DNA of 47,479 nt. Source: Klebsormidium nitens (taxonomy: Eukaryota; Plantae; Klebsormidiophyceae). Where the stretch lies: contig DF237426.1 of the NCBI GenBank assembly GCA_000708835.1, positions 26,121-73,599 on the forward strand. Direction: 5' to 3'. The notes under the pieces were generated by a model. That model was not told the DNA's origin. It saw nothing but the letters and a program-made list of their open reading frames with translations, and searched no databases. Each line of letters begins with the position of its first letter. The stretch's first letter is position 1. Of this stretch, positions 11,201-23,900 are shown piece by piece. The position numbers and the translations under genes were made by a program.

Positions 11201-13566
11201 GAACAAGTTCTCGATAATAAATACGGAATTTGGGCAAACACAGAACTTGCAAAATCAATTTTAGATTCGTCGCAGGGGCGCGAACGGGATCATCGTTGTG
11301 TACGCGGTGAACGACCAGACGAGCTTCGAGCACGTGTCCAAGTGGCTGGGCGACATGGAGAAGTTTGCGCCGGAAGAAGCGGTGCGGCTGCTGATCGGGA
11401 ACAAGTGCGACCTCGAGATTGAGCGGCAGGTATGTTGCGACGGTATTAGAGTACAATACCGTGTTTGATTTCGGCATTAAACCAATTTCATTCGGACTGC
11501 CGAAAATTCTGGAAAATACTTTTCTTCGATGACGAAAAGGTCGGGGGGGAAACCTGCGCGTTGAAGGTTGATTATGGTTACTTTCAGCAGAGTGCTATTT
11601 TGACGAATTGTTTGGGAAATACCGAACTTTTTGCCGAAATGGCTGATTGCTTCATAAGGATTTCTTCGGCACCCAGACCGACAAATTTAAAAGCTGGTAC
11701 GGCAGTAAGCTCTTGACTTGACGTCAGAATCCCAACTCATGAGACCATGTGCTCCGCACCCATGACCGTTCGTAAGCCCCAAACTAACCCTTTGCGTCCC
11801 AGGCTGGCAAATTTACTATTTCCTAAGGCTCACTCTTAACTATAGTGTCATGTCTTGCGGCAGGTGACGACGGAGGAAGGGGAGGAGCTCGCGGCCAGCC
11901 TCGGGGTGCCCTTCATCGAAACCAGCGCAAAGTGAGTATATGGTGACGTCAATTCGTGCTGCCATCCTGATCCTTCATCTTGTCGTTCTTTGGCTTTCTG
12001 CTATTACTGGCGGTCCGATTCGGGTCTTGGGGTGTCCTTCGTCGAGTTCCAACGCAGATTGCATCAATGTTAACGTCATGGTTGGTTCATGGGGACGACA
12101 TTATGCCTTCCGGATGACGTCTGTCGGGCTTTCGGGTTTTCCGGTAGTGCGGGTCAGATCCTGGACCTAATCTCGAGACGAGCGCGTCGGCTGAGTGCTT
12201 CTGACGTCATCTTTCCTCGTGGAGACGTCACTAGGGGACCTTCCACTTTCTGGTGGCCACAGCCAGGGTCACAAACCGCCCCAGGCAAAATCGGTAACAA
12301 CCGGTTCCATGCAACCGGTTTCGAGAGCAGCCTGGCCATTCCGCCCAAACCCCAAACCTGAATAGCCTTGACCCGGAAAGGGTTAGTTACAAGGTCAGTT
12401 CTCTGGGCGGATGTCCCAACACCACGTTCTGGAGGCCTGGTTAAGCATAGTTTCACAGCTATTTTAGCCTTAACCCATGTGTTGTTAGGGGTTTAACATG
12501 CTCCTCTTTTGAACCGAGGACCTTCAAGCGCCTGGTAGAGTCGTGTGAAGCAATCTGAGCCGTCTATTCGTGAATCAGGGTATCGGACGGTGCGGAGCAT
12601 ACTTTTCGGCATTGGAGTGGCGGTTTGTGACCCTGGCCACAGCTTCACCGACGTCATGACAAGAACAGCGAGATCAGGAAGGATGTATACTTTCGTCATG
12701 TTTCGAAACCCCCTTCATTGATACGAGCCAGAGAGAGTGCTTGGTTGTGGGGCCAGCGAAAAGCCGTGGGGATAATTTTGGTGGGCTTTAGGGTGGAGTC
12801 AGCGGATAGTTAGCGAGTCGTTTCGTGCTCGTGTCATGCCTTTAGGTTCGCGCAACCTGATCAAATTCCTGGCTTCCATCCCCTGACGAGCGCACATTGG
12901 AGAGTGCTGATGTCATAGTAACGGCAGCGGGCTTTTATAGTGTCATGCTCCTCGTCTTGGTTTCTTACGTGATCAGGTTCCGTTGTTTGGTCTGTGATGG
13001 TCAGGTGCTTTTACCATGAAAAAGGAGAAGCGAGTGGACAGCTGGGCTGCTATGTGACATCATTGTGACCTCAAAGTGTTGTGGGTTTTGCTTACTATCT
13101 GATTTTCTTTTTCGCACAGAGTTGTGGATGGGTGGTTGCATACGGAAATTTTAGTCGGCAGATGCATACAGTGGTCCCTTTCAGGAAGGCGTGCAGACGG
13201 AAAGGTTGACCGTTTGATTTGACGCAAACCTCAAAAGGCGCCTCAGCCAATCGCTTACAGTCTTCCATCAGGCTAGAAAACACCTCTGGCCCGATAGCTC
13301 GCCGGGGCCCGAATTTTTAGGCTACAACTCCTCTGAGGATTACCTCGCATGTCAACATTTAACTGCGTACACCGCTTCGAGTCTGACGCCATTTCTTCTC
13401 ACTCCGATTCCGCAGGGACTCTACGAACATCGAAGAAGCGTTCGTTTGCATCGCCAAGGCCATCCAAGAGAAGCAGACGCTGATGGCGCCTGCGCGGAGT
13501 CGAGACGCCGTGTCCATCACCGCAGTGACTGGCAAGAAGGCCAAAGGGGGCTGCTGTGGGGGCTGA
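8292..13566 (+). CDS. RAB1: Rab-family small GTPase, divergent Rab1/RabD (YPT1)-like, ~209 aa, 8 exons
   Basis: Exons 8292-8361, 8611-8661, 9293-9357, 9812-9831, 10215-10265, 11276-11429, 11864-11931, 13416-13566; all GT-AG and phase-consistent. Protein: [209 protein letters not shown]. G1, G3, G4 and G5 boxes, RabF motifs and a CC prenylation signal are present. Rab identity is certain; the Rab1 subfamily is the best by-eye match. Confidence 0.95.
11001..11345 (+). repeat. Tandem triplication (~135-bp unit) of the Rab intron-5 3' end plus the start of exon 6
   Basis: GCAG|G(G)GGCGCGAAC...AGCTTCGAGC starts after AG at 11007, 11140 and 11276 (spacings 133 and 136). The spacer tails are also homologous (CAAGTT...TACG..A..TT...AGAACTTGCA). 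Confidence 0.92.
12264..12635. mobile_element. 372-bp hAT-type MITE in Rab intron 7
   Basis: Perfect 17-bp TIR CAGGGTCACAAACCGCC (12264-12280 and 12619-12635), flanked by a perfect 8-bp TSD GCCACAGC (12256-12263 and 12636-12643). A CAGGG terminus with an 8-bp TSD is the established hAT signature. Confidence 0.92.
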
Positions 13567-16500
13567 AACTTTTCCGCCCACTGTCCGCCCGAGCATTGCA
13601 CAGCGGGGACTGCTTAACGCCAAATGTACAGATTGTAGAATAGAGCTTGCAATTGCATGCGAGCATATTTCAGAAAAGTGGGGCAGATGCGTGGCAACCA
13701 ACCGGACTTCTTTTATGAGCTGTTCCTGCAGAATCGACGCTGAAGTACCGACTGACTGGTTGAGGGAAGGCGGGACAACTGGGTCTGTACTATAAGGTCT
13801 AGCCGGCTTGAAGTTCAATCTTTGATGTTGGTATATATATGCAACTGATTCCTGCTGCAATCCTTTCCATGTCCAGCTTATCATGCACACTGATCGCAAG
13901 GTGACATGCTCGCAGGGCCGCTGTGCCTGTGCCAGTCGCACGGCCACGTACAGGTCAGTGAGCTAGTACCTTCAGTACGGCATCAAGCCTGGCTCCTCGC
14001 ATGCGATCAATTGTTGCCTTACGGTAATCAAATGACATTGGACGTATTCCAGGCTTAGTAATAATCGATATAGGACTGCCATCATGGCATGTGCCACATG
14101 CAGTCCTAGTATTGTAATATGCCGCGTTCAATGCAGGCAGCTCCTACCTCCGACGCGGGCCGCGGGTGGTCTTGTTGACCTGCGAGCCCTTCGTATGTGG
14201 TACCGTTGGTGCGTAGATCATTTAGTCAATCGTACTTTATAAGCATGTCATGCACTGCCAAGTATATGCTGTTCATAAGATTCAAACGTTTACATGCAAA
14301 CGACCTGTCCGGCCTAGTTCCGACACACCGTAGCCACCTGGCACCTCATGAGGTCGAAGTGCATGTTATATTGCATCGATGCCAATATATCCTAAAATCG
14401 GCCGCTCAAAGTGTGATTGGACATAGGTTCTAATCGATTGCACGGCATCATTAGGTGAGGGCGAAGCCGAAGTCGATAAATGAGGAGCGTAATCGCTTCA
14501 TGCAAAGGGCCAAACTTTTGCAAACGCTGTCCTTCTCAAATTTCGATGCTAGTGCTTGTCGACGGAGAGAACGCCATACCTTTGGGGTTACACACACATT
14601 GAGTATTCAAACAATAAACAAGGTGCAATATGGATTGCCTGTTTGAGGCGGACACGTATCCATCGGACAGTAACTTTGACAGACAGATCGGATTTTTCTC
14701 GAAGCTCGAGTAGCCACTCGTCTAGCTGTCCGCGAAAGCAGTCAAGAAAGCTGAGGCCCGGTGCCATCAAAGCCCTTCGACAACATCCTAGCGTACCTGG
14801 GCGCCTCCAAGCCACATGCGTCCGCGCGCAACTTGGCAAGGAGCGGGACTGGAGCTCCCAATGTATTGAGCGGCGGGGAAGCATTGCATTTATTGATCGA
14901 CAGCTAGAGCTGGATCGAGCGATCACGAAGCGGGGCGCCGTCGGCAAGCAGCTTGGGATTGTAGTCGGTGCCGCGGCGCTGCACGCGAGCGAGCCCGCGC
15001 AAGCTTTGGATCCTGGATGGCCCTTTCGGTACATGCAGTGGGGCCATTTCGTGGCAACTTGCGCCCTGCTGGAGTTTCAAGCAGTGTGTGCTCCTATCTT
15101 GCTTAATATGTCTTTTCAGGTCAACGTGCATCTGACATTGCAGCCCCTTTTAAGCAAGTTTCTCGACTCGGACATCGTCTTTAAGTTGGGTCTTTCCACA
15201 AGTTCACAAGGGGCGTCGAGCGAGAAACATCTCGTCTTTCTCGCGCCCTCTTTGCATGAGTTGAAGGGACCTCAGCGGTAACCGCCCCACTCAGGGATCA
15301 TTCAGAGAAGGAGTGAGGAAAGAACAGCGGAACTTGGAGACGTGGCAGCACCCACGGGGTGGGAAGCAGTGCGCTCGGCAAGAAGCTTCCTTTGCCCGGA
15401 GTCGGTTTGGTGAAGGCCCGGACGACGCTGCCAAGGACGCGTGCACGCCAGACGAACGTCAAGAAGGAGGCGCGCGCGTACCTGCATGGCCGCGGAGGAG
15501 GGTGTACGCGCCGCGGACGGCCGCGAGCTGTGCCAGATTGGAGGTAAGTAAAGGGGGCGCGCGCGCCCGCTACAGCAGAGGAGCAACCGGGAACCGTCCG
15601 GAACGTAACGCCGGGACGGCGTTGCGTCAAGAGCATTGCTGGGGGTCTACGAAATGCGGAAAGGTTGGAGTGCCGTCCATGTCGTAGAAAGGGCGCCCAG
15701 CGGACGCATTCTCGGGGGGCGCTGGGTTGAAAACTCCGTTTGGGATGTACAAACGAGCATTTCGGACCAATATCCGAGTGGGGGGCCATCCAGAAGTAGA
15801 ATCCGGGCAGGGCAGGATCGATTTGAAAGAGTCGAAGCCCACGAACATATTCTACAGGACTCGGCGGGTCTCGGATTCAGCTTAAATCGCAACCTCTATG
15901 ACAACGTGGCTCAAATCATCCGTTAGTTCGCTGCTGAATCGTGTTCATGCTTGAACATGAGCACTTCTTAGAACTCTGTCATTGGCCTTTGCGGCCGCGG
16001 CCCTCTCGCGCCGCTTCTCCTGCCTTCCTGACTGCCTCAGGATCAGGATAGGCGCCTCGAACGCCGACAGGCCCCGTATACCTACGTACGTCTTCTGAAG
16101 CTCATTCTGCCGCGCGCGCTCGAGGCCGCGCCGCCGCGTTTTCATGCGAGAGCGCAAGCGTGACGTGGCAACTTCGTAGATCATCATCGGCCCACTGGAA
16201 AACGGCGGCGAATTGATAAGGGGAGGCAGCTAGCTGGCCGTTCGATGATCCTCGCTGCATGCATCCTTGCAGCTCGTCGAGAAATAAAATGGCCTCGTTC
16301 TCACGACATACAATGTAATCAGATGAACCGTTCGAATGCCCTGCCAAAACCATGCTTACCTTGGTAGCATTCTTTCTGTCTCGTTCAGTAGATATTAATC
16401 AATCTTGAACCAGACCCAAACCCATGGCAACAACAAGCTCTCAACCGCGCTCTGATTGACTGCAAAACTTATCTGTGACCGGCTTCTGCTTGGCATGCTT

Positions 16501-17526
16501 GCGCCGTGTTTTGTAAATTTGCCCGACAGAGGACAACGCATCCTCCGAGGAATCGATGGCAGGAGCGCTTCAATCCATGCGCGCTTAAGCTAGCGGCTGT
16601 TCAGGATTCTATGTGCTGCTTGTCTGCAAAGGAACAAAGCAATTCTAGAAAACTGTGAGAGTCTGCTTACTTCCTAGCCAGCTTGTACAAAGCTCATATA
16701 ATTAGCTGCGCGGACTTGTGAATCAAGAGTCAACATGGGCCTGTCGTGTTTCGCTAAGCAACTGCCTTCCGCTTCCATAGGCAAGGCCTCTGGCACCATC
16801 TGCCGTAGCGGTAGCTCGTATAAGGAGCCTGGAAATGAAACAGAGACAGCAAAGCGCCAAAGGTTGCCGTGCTCCATGGTGAGCAGCTAAAAATAATTTG
16901 TCCCTGGCTTTCCATGTAAACTACGGACACATAGAGCAGGCTCTACAATTGAATCAGGGTGCCTTGCAAAGTTTGATCAGGGCCCGTTACAATCAATGAA
17001 TGCCCTTCTCCTTGATAGCAGTTTTGCGAAAAGAGTTGGTGACAAGTGCTACAGATTATAACATAGACACGTAATCCACTTGGAACTTGATGATAGGGGA
17101 CCAGTCTGGCGTTCTGCATACCGCTCCACATGTGCGGTGCAGTGCGTTCAGAATATGGCATGGATGGAGTATGGTTTGAAGGCAATGAAGGTTTTCTTTG
17201 GGGCGACTTGTCGTATCCAACTGTAGCCTCCCATCCCCTTGAGTTGTGGCAAGTATTGTCAATGCACAGAGGTGCTAAGGAGGTCTGCGTCCAGGCGAGA
17301 GAGATCTTGACTTTTTGGGTAGAGCACGATCTCTATAAAGCGCCGTGCAGATTCTCGAGCAAGGGGAGAAGGCTTTTGTGAGAAGGCTTTTGTCTGTGCT
17401 GGATCCAATCTGAGGTGTCGCCACGAAGTTTCTCCTCTTGTGACAAAATCTATTTTCAAGTCTCCGTACCCGAACGCGTCGGTTCGTTACATCTCTATTT
17501 GGAACATGAAAACACGACACAGTTGG

Positions 17527-18529
17527 TCAGGGAATCTTTATGGAAAAACAAAGTCATAGCTTAGACTTGCAAATCGTCTTTGGATTTGTGCCTCAGGTCG
17601 ATCTTTTGAATGAAGAACAAAAGAGCATCCTTTTCAAACAGGGGCTAGGCAGGAGGTCGGATGCAGAATGCAATCTGACGCTTCCGAGGCTGCTGATCTT
17701 CTTCCTGAGTTCCTAAAGTAGCTGGTTTCTAAAGTAAAGAAAAGATGCGTGGTTGACATTTCCTGAGCTTTCAAAGCCAGGGTCCTCGAAAGCGTCGATA
17801 CGAAGCATTCGGGAGCCCGCTCTAATGTGTTATCATTGACGAGCTCGATGCTTATTGGAAGCAGGAGGCAAATCGGCAGCTCCGGCCTACAGAGGCCCGA
17901 CCTTCGCAAGGCCATGCTGGAGTGTTCAGCCTGATCGGGGCGTCGAGGCGGACTCGTGGCGAGCTGCAGAGGCGACGGAGTAACGAGCAGGTATGTTGTT
18001 TCGCAGCAACGTTAAGCGGACTCTTTTTAGAAGCGAGGTGCGGTGGAAGCTTCGCTCATATAGCACATATAAGTAAAGACCTGAGCCCGCACACAACTGT
18101 CTGCGTTTCGGTTTCTCGTAAGCTAGAACGGAGGTCTTTTGAGAACGACTGGCATGATTCCACGTACATTGAAGTTCCTCGCTAGAGAGTCAGCGGTCAG
18201 CAAACCCCGGCAGCCTTTCGTTTGCAGCTCTCTAAAACTGGCTTTAACTGGTCGAATTCAAGTGATTGGGCTCCCATCATTTGGCAGATTCATAGTTCCT
18301 GCATTCAGACCCAAAGCTCGTTCTGGCGGCGTCTCAAGGTGCAGAGTCGAAAAATCCACTAAGGCCGCTGAAACGGTTGGCAAGCGTGCATGGCAGGGGC
18401 ACAAGCCAGAAGTGCGAAGCCTACATTTTTGAAGGCCCTGATCCGATCAAGAATACTGCGGGCGCGCGCCAGCTTTTCGATGTCTTCGCCTTTGCTGGCC
18501 GGAATCCCACTATGAACTTTCATTTGTAG
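17527..18529 (+). pseudogene. Possible decayed P-loop NTPase (AAA+/STAND-like) remnant
   Basis: Degenerate Walker A-like SGNLYGKT (17527-17550); Walker B-like CVIIDELDAYW (from 17826) directly after an in-frame TAA (17823-17825); hydrophobic strand VFSLIGAS; GTATGT donor near 17991; a 78-codon stop-free stretch ending at 18529. Multiple stops and frameshifts are present, and the motifs are short enough to be chance. Confidence 0.33.
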
Positions 18530-20945
18530 GAGGGGTCGGATCAGATCAATTCGGAGACGTCGACGGCGCAGGAAGGATCCACTACGACTTCTCAGCAGGC
18601 AAGCTCGTGCGACCCAGTTGTAAACGATTACTATCAGCTAGCCGATGTGCGTATTGCAGACCACTGCGCCACTCAAACTGCTTACTAGCGCCACCGTAAT
18701 TCTGCTTATGTCATCTTGAGCAAGATTAATCACAACTTTCCTTGCTCTGCCAGAAACTGAGGCCACAAGCGGTAAGGGTAGGTTAACGGCACCCGGTTTT
18801 ATACTTCAAGAGGGAGTTCGCACGCCGTGCCCGGAACGTAACTTCTGGTCAAATTTACTCCTCAGAGGGCTAACTTGAAAATTATGGCCTTTTTGGTCAC
18901 GGGCAGACGTGCAAACCACCTGTTTTGGAGGTCTAGTTATGGTGGGTTTACCAGCCGTTTTAAACCTGACCACGATTAATTCAGCCATTAACCTCTGTTT
19001 GCTATCAACCGAGGCCAATATGTGCCTCGGGAAATAGGGAAGATCAAATCGTGACAGTCCAATCGGCAGAATTTTCAATCCGGCGGCGCAGAGCATATCG
19101 GCAGCCCTCAAGCAGGACTCGCTTGTGGCCCCTGGCCAGACCTTCGAAATCGCTCATCTGTAGGGCAACGAGATCCCTCTGGACGTATGTATGTTGTCTG
19201 CAATCCCGGGAGATGTGTTGATTTGACAGCCTGCTCATATATTCAATCGGCTTTTCCCTCTCAAGATTACGGAAGCCCTTGGGCAGTGTGAACTCACGAA
19301 CTTCCCGGCTCCAACTAGAAAGTGTTCGTCTTCACGCTTGTTCGAAACCTTGCGTGAAGCCGCTCCAAGCAGAACTCAAGTTAGCGCTTTTGAGCGAAAG
19401 TACCTTTTTTTGTGGAAAAGATCTTTACTGCTGTTAAACACTTCGATGCATCCTACTTGGAAGCCACCGCCGCCCCTCACCAAGTTCAGCGCATCAGGCC
19501 ATCGAAGTCTTAAATGAGAATCTAGTGCTCACGTACTCAGCGATGTACGTGAGTAACTTAAATTCAATATTGCCCCAGTAAAGCAGGACCGTGACCATTG
19601 ATACTGCATCGTGCGGAGTTGAGCCTCGTTAGCCCAACGCGGATGTAGCATCATTGCATGGAACATGCTACCGGCCATTTTAGTCTGGATAAATTAAATC
19701 GCAATACTGGCCCGGGCTGCGGGGACGTAATCATTTGCAGAGGAAGGCGGGGGTCGGAGGAAGACAGAAGGCAATCAGGGACGGTATAGGTGGGCAACCA
19801 CGGATAAGTATAAGCGATCGGCGGCCCTGCCAGTAGGCTATATATACTAAATGAACTGCTAAATTGGACCCACCATATGATAACAATGCCGCCAGGCTTG
19901 GCTGTACGCAGATATTTGAATACGGTCCATGCATGTTCAGTGCAGCTACTTAGCTTTGAAAGCTTGAAAGAAGGCAAATTCTTAGCCTGCGCCGGTTTGT
20001 ACCATGTGTCACAACTTAAGGTGGTCGTTCAAAGTCAAGTTTGATCGTCGTTATAAGCAAGCATGGAGCGGAACTTCAAAGCTAAGAGGAGAAATGTCCG
20101 GTTGGCCAAACTAGCCTGGCATGCCCGCAATGATTAAGTAAGATCCGCACAGAGGTTTTGACATGATCAGTCAAATTTGGGCTCCTCGTAAACACAAAGT
20201 GGGCCTTGCCCACGTGCTTCACGACGCCGTCGCTGGCAAACGCCAGGCCGACGTCAGCAGTACAGTGGTGATGGTCACGAAATCAGCGGCGTCACAATTT
20301 TCATACTAATTCGATCAGGTATACCGATCATTCGCTCCACATGCCGTGCGTGACAGTGACAGCTGCTGAGCATGCATGAGATGCATGATCCCGTATACTT
20401 ATTGTTTACCCCTCCAGCTATTTGATTTCAAAGACCTAGTATACGGCAGTGAGTCCAAAGCACTCAGTGCGGGCTGCAGATGGCCCTGGTCCCCTGAGTT
20501 CGGTGTTGAAAATTATATCGAAGACATGCAAAAAGACAATCATAGGCTATAGCATAGCTCTAGCTGAAGGCCGCAGTCATTCGCAATGGCAAGTAATCAT
20601 TCAAAACAAGACGTAAAGTAGGCATATGGCGCTTTTTTGTTACTGCATACCGGAACTTGCGACTTGGTGAATGCCGAAAAGACTGTGCACATATGCATAG
20701 ATGGAACGTGTCGGGCTTGCCGCCTTGACCGGGCTGACTCCTTTTGCATCTGTAAATCGGTAGTTGCAGTGAAACATGCGTGTTAAGTTGTCGGCTCCAT
20801 TCTGCATGCTCTTTAAAAGGCCCCGGCTTTGCAGATGTCCTTGCTTGGAATGGAGTCATAATTTGCACTGGGACTTCATGTCGAGAGTATTTTCAATTAC
20901 TAAGGACCTCGGGCTCGCCCATACGCGCCCGTTGTATCTTTCGCA

Positions 20946-23900
20946 TCATGACGTTTTGATGCTGGTCAGCCAATCGGCAGCCAGAGCTTCACCTCGCCCA
21001 GCGGCAAAATCCAAATACCTCTTTGCTTCTTGTCTGGAGGCGGGCTCGGGAGAATCTGCAGGACTTGAAAGGGCGTTACACCATCTTCAAAACTCATCAA
21101 AAGTAGAGCCTCTCATCGACTCTGAGAAAAGCTTGCGTATAGCAAGGAAGCAAAAGCACATGATTACGAGGGAATCGTTGGACAGTCGAAAGGCAGGAAG
21201 AGTACCGGTGGTTATCCAGACTGCGTTTCCCTCATGCGAGGAGAGCGTGCAATTGTTAGTAAATGGCACCGCACGACTTTGGCACGTGAACCAAGGGGCG
21301 AAAACTCCCACCTTTCAAAAGAAGCACTCCGTAGATGCTAGCGGCAGGCACGTGACCCTGCGACACGATGCCAAATTTGAAAATCCCCGTTTGAGAAACG
21401 AGTTTGTGGATTGAAGTGCGATTCGCGCCTCGAGTGTTTCAGCTGATCTGCAGCCTGGAATTCGCATCACATTTTGAAGCGGGAGAGAGCACTCTATTGC
21501 AAACCGAAGTGCGAGCTTTTTCCAGACCGCTCACCAGATCCGCCGCTCGCTTGAACCACTGCTTGGCGGATGCCGCTCCATGACCGCCCTCCGCTTGCGC
21601 ACGAAGTTCTGCCGCCCCGAGGAGAAACATCGCGTCTGTATGACCCTGCCAAAACGAACCCCACACTTCAAGAGTACGAGCAATCGTCCTAAACCAAAGA
21701 GTTAGGAATTGGGCACGAGTGCGCTGTGGTTACTGGCTCTTCTGTGAACTTGAAGTGGAACCACTGGGTCCGTGACACAGTTGCTGCGGACATATAACTC
21801 AGCAGCCGTCGGTGTCAATCCTCCATCTCGTTGATAGAGGAGAATGTACACGCTTTGAAAATGCGTTGGCTTTACAGTAGCATTCAAAGAGCAAGGCTCT
21901 CAGACTTGGAACAATGAACTTTCCGGAGTTCGTCAACTCTGCCCCCAACAACTACGTGGTTGACGAAAATTGCCAAGAATGCGTGGAAGGCTGGAAGCGA
22001 GAGTTAAAGAGCGGGTCGGTCGCTCGCAGCTTTGATGACACGTGGCAAAAGAACAAGCCGACAGTTACCTGAGCCGCTGCCTCCGTCAGCAATAGTTGAG
22101 AGCGCCCTCCGCCCGGGTCTCCCTCCTCGTCCTACGGTTAACAAAAACGGAGGCGAAAACCAATTTCGGTTGATACTTATCCTGAGGAAAACCAGGGCTA
22201 TAGATCTTATGAGATTGAGGCCGCTCAGCCTCCGCACCGTATGCTTTACACAACCTGAGCCGAAACCTTCTGAGGATTGTCGATTTTGAGAAGAGGGAAC
22301 CAGTGCTTATCCCTTTCAAAGTGGCTCTTGCGGCTCCCTCAAGTCTCGAGGACGCTATGGAAAGATTCGCGGTGCGTCAGCACGGCTACAAGGAAAGCAG
22401 CCTAGGACTGGGAACGATCTTAAGTTTGCGCGTGCACAAAGAAGCCCGTGAGGTCCAGAAGCGCGTAGCCAGATCCGGAAATCGTCTCTATCGGAAGTTC
22501 GAAACTGTTGAAGAGGCCCCGCTATATCACGAAATACAAGCAGTCATTGAATAAGTTCGTCGTTTAGGGCCCTGTGCTCACTTGTAATCGAAGTCTAGAC
22601 GCCAGCTCGTATTGCGCCTCCGCAGAACCAGCCTTGGCAGCATGGTAGAGAAGGCTGAGAGCCCTGGAGAGCACTGAGGGGGCGTGAGAACGGCAGCCAA
22701 TGTCTCAACCTCTGCTAATCAAGGTTGGTGAAATACGATCTTCCATGCAATGCACGTTTGTCTCCATGAGGAACGGCAGCCACTGTCTCAACCTCTGCTA
22801 TGTATCCGGTTGGTAAAATCAAGTTGGTAAAGCCATGCAGTGCACGTTCTAAATGTGTAAGTACCTGACAAAGGAAAGCCACAGCCGTTTGGCTGCCAAT
22901 ATCTAGAAGGAATGCAACGACCACCCGCCTCGCCACCTGTCTTCCGCACCATGAACGACTGACACCGACCCCGGACTGGTGGCAAAGCGAGTTCTCATCC
23001 GCATGCTCGTTCCTTGACACACTTCAGAAGCGCACGCTTGGCCCAGAGAGCGGACAAAAACGGAGACAATATCCGCTAAAGGGTATGTCCTAGCACGTTT
23101 GGAGCATAAAAGACAAAGAATGAGGCTCAGTCACCTGTCAGCAGAGAAGCCTGGCAGGTCGTACTTTTCGTGCAGTTGCGAGAGCGCAAACAGAGCCCGT
23201 GGGTCGCTGCGCCCCTCGCCCAGGCTGATCTCGAGGCACTCGGCCGCTTCCTGAGAGGTAAAATGAAGTCCCCTGTGAGTAAGACTGTGAAGCTCGAGAC
23301 TCGAAGTTTGGACCTTTTATAGCTCAACCTTGAAAAGTCGAAGCTGGACCCTGGAATGTTCTTTGAAGCTGAAACAGAGAGGTGCTTTCTAAGAGAGGCA
23401 ACTGAAGTCCCGAATACTAGGCCTTTTACAACTGGCAGTCTGACGCCTCATTTGCACTACACAGACGCACCTAAACAACTCAACCCTGACAACTGGGATA
23501 CAGAGTGCAGCTGGCAGAGGCACTGGGACCCACTTCGTTGGAATCAAAACATTGGAAGGCGTTTGCGATGTATCTGAAAGCGAACGGTTTCGAGAGCCAA
23601 TCGCAAGAGAGCAACAAAAGAGCCTCCTGTGATGCAGACAAATGCAGTCAGGCCTGTTTATGCTGGAACTTAATAGTCGCAAGAGAAGAGGCTCTAACTC
23701 AGAATCTGCTTTCATTCTGGGGGTGAAGAGTTGACACAGGAGGCAACACTGGCGTAGACAGACGAAGCCCTCGACCAACAACTTCGAGATCCTTGATGGA
23801 CCTATGGAATTACACACGCTTTGCTACCCTGCTTCCACCAGCGGCTCTAGTTTGGGGACCTCGCTAGCCCACCATCAAACATCATCGCCGCCCGTTTCTG

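Noticed and set aside
11001-11345. CRISPR-like repeat-spacer array
   Set aside because: The repeats are copies of a Rab exon with homologous spacers in a eukaryotic gene.
14556-15281. 241-aa plus-strand ORF as a gene
   Set aside because: No ATG start or motifs; it reads like the antisense of decayed minus-strand coding sequence.
19522-19553. Helitron 3' end (9-bp stem hairpin 19528-19553 next to CTAG on minus)
   Set aside because: Only 2 nt separate the hairpin and CTAG, the flanking base is not T, and no matching 5' TC end or Rep/helicase was found.
20776-21414. 212-aa plus-strand ORF
   Set aside because: It overlaps two well-supported minus-strand Sel1 exons and their introns, and has no recognisable motifs.
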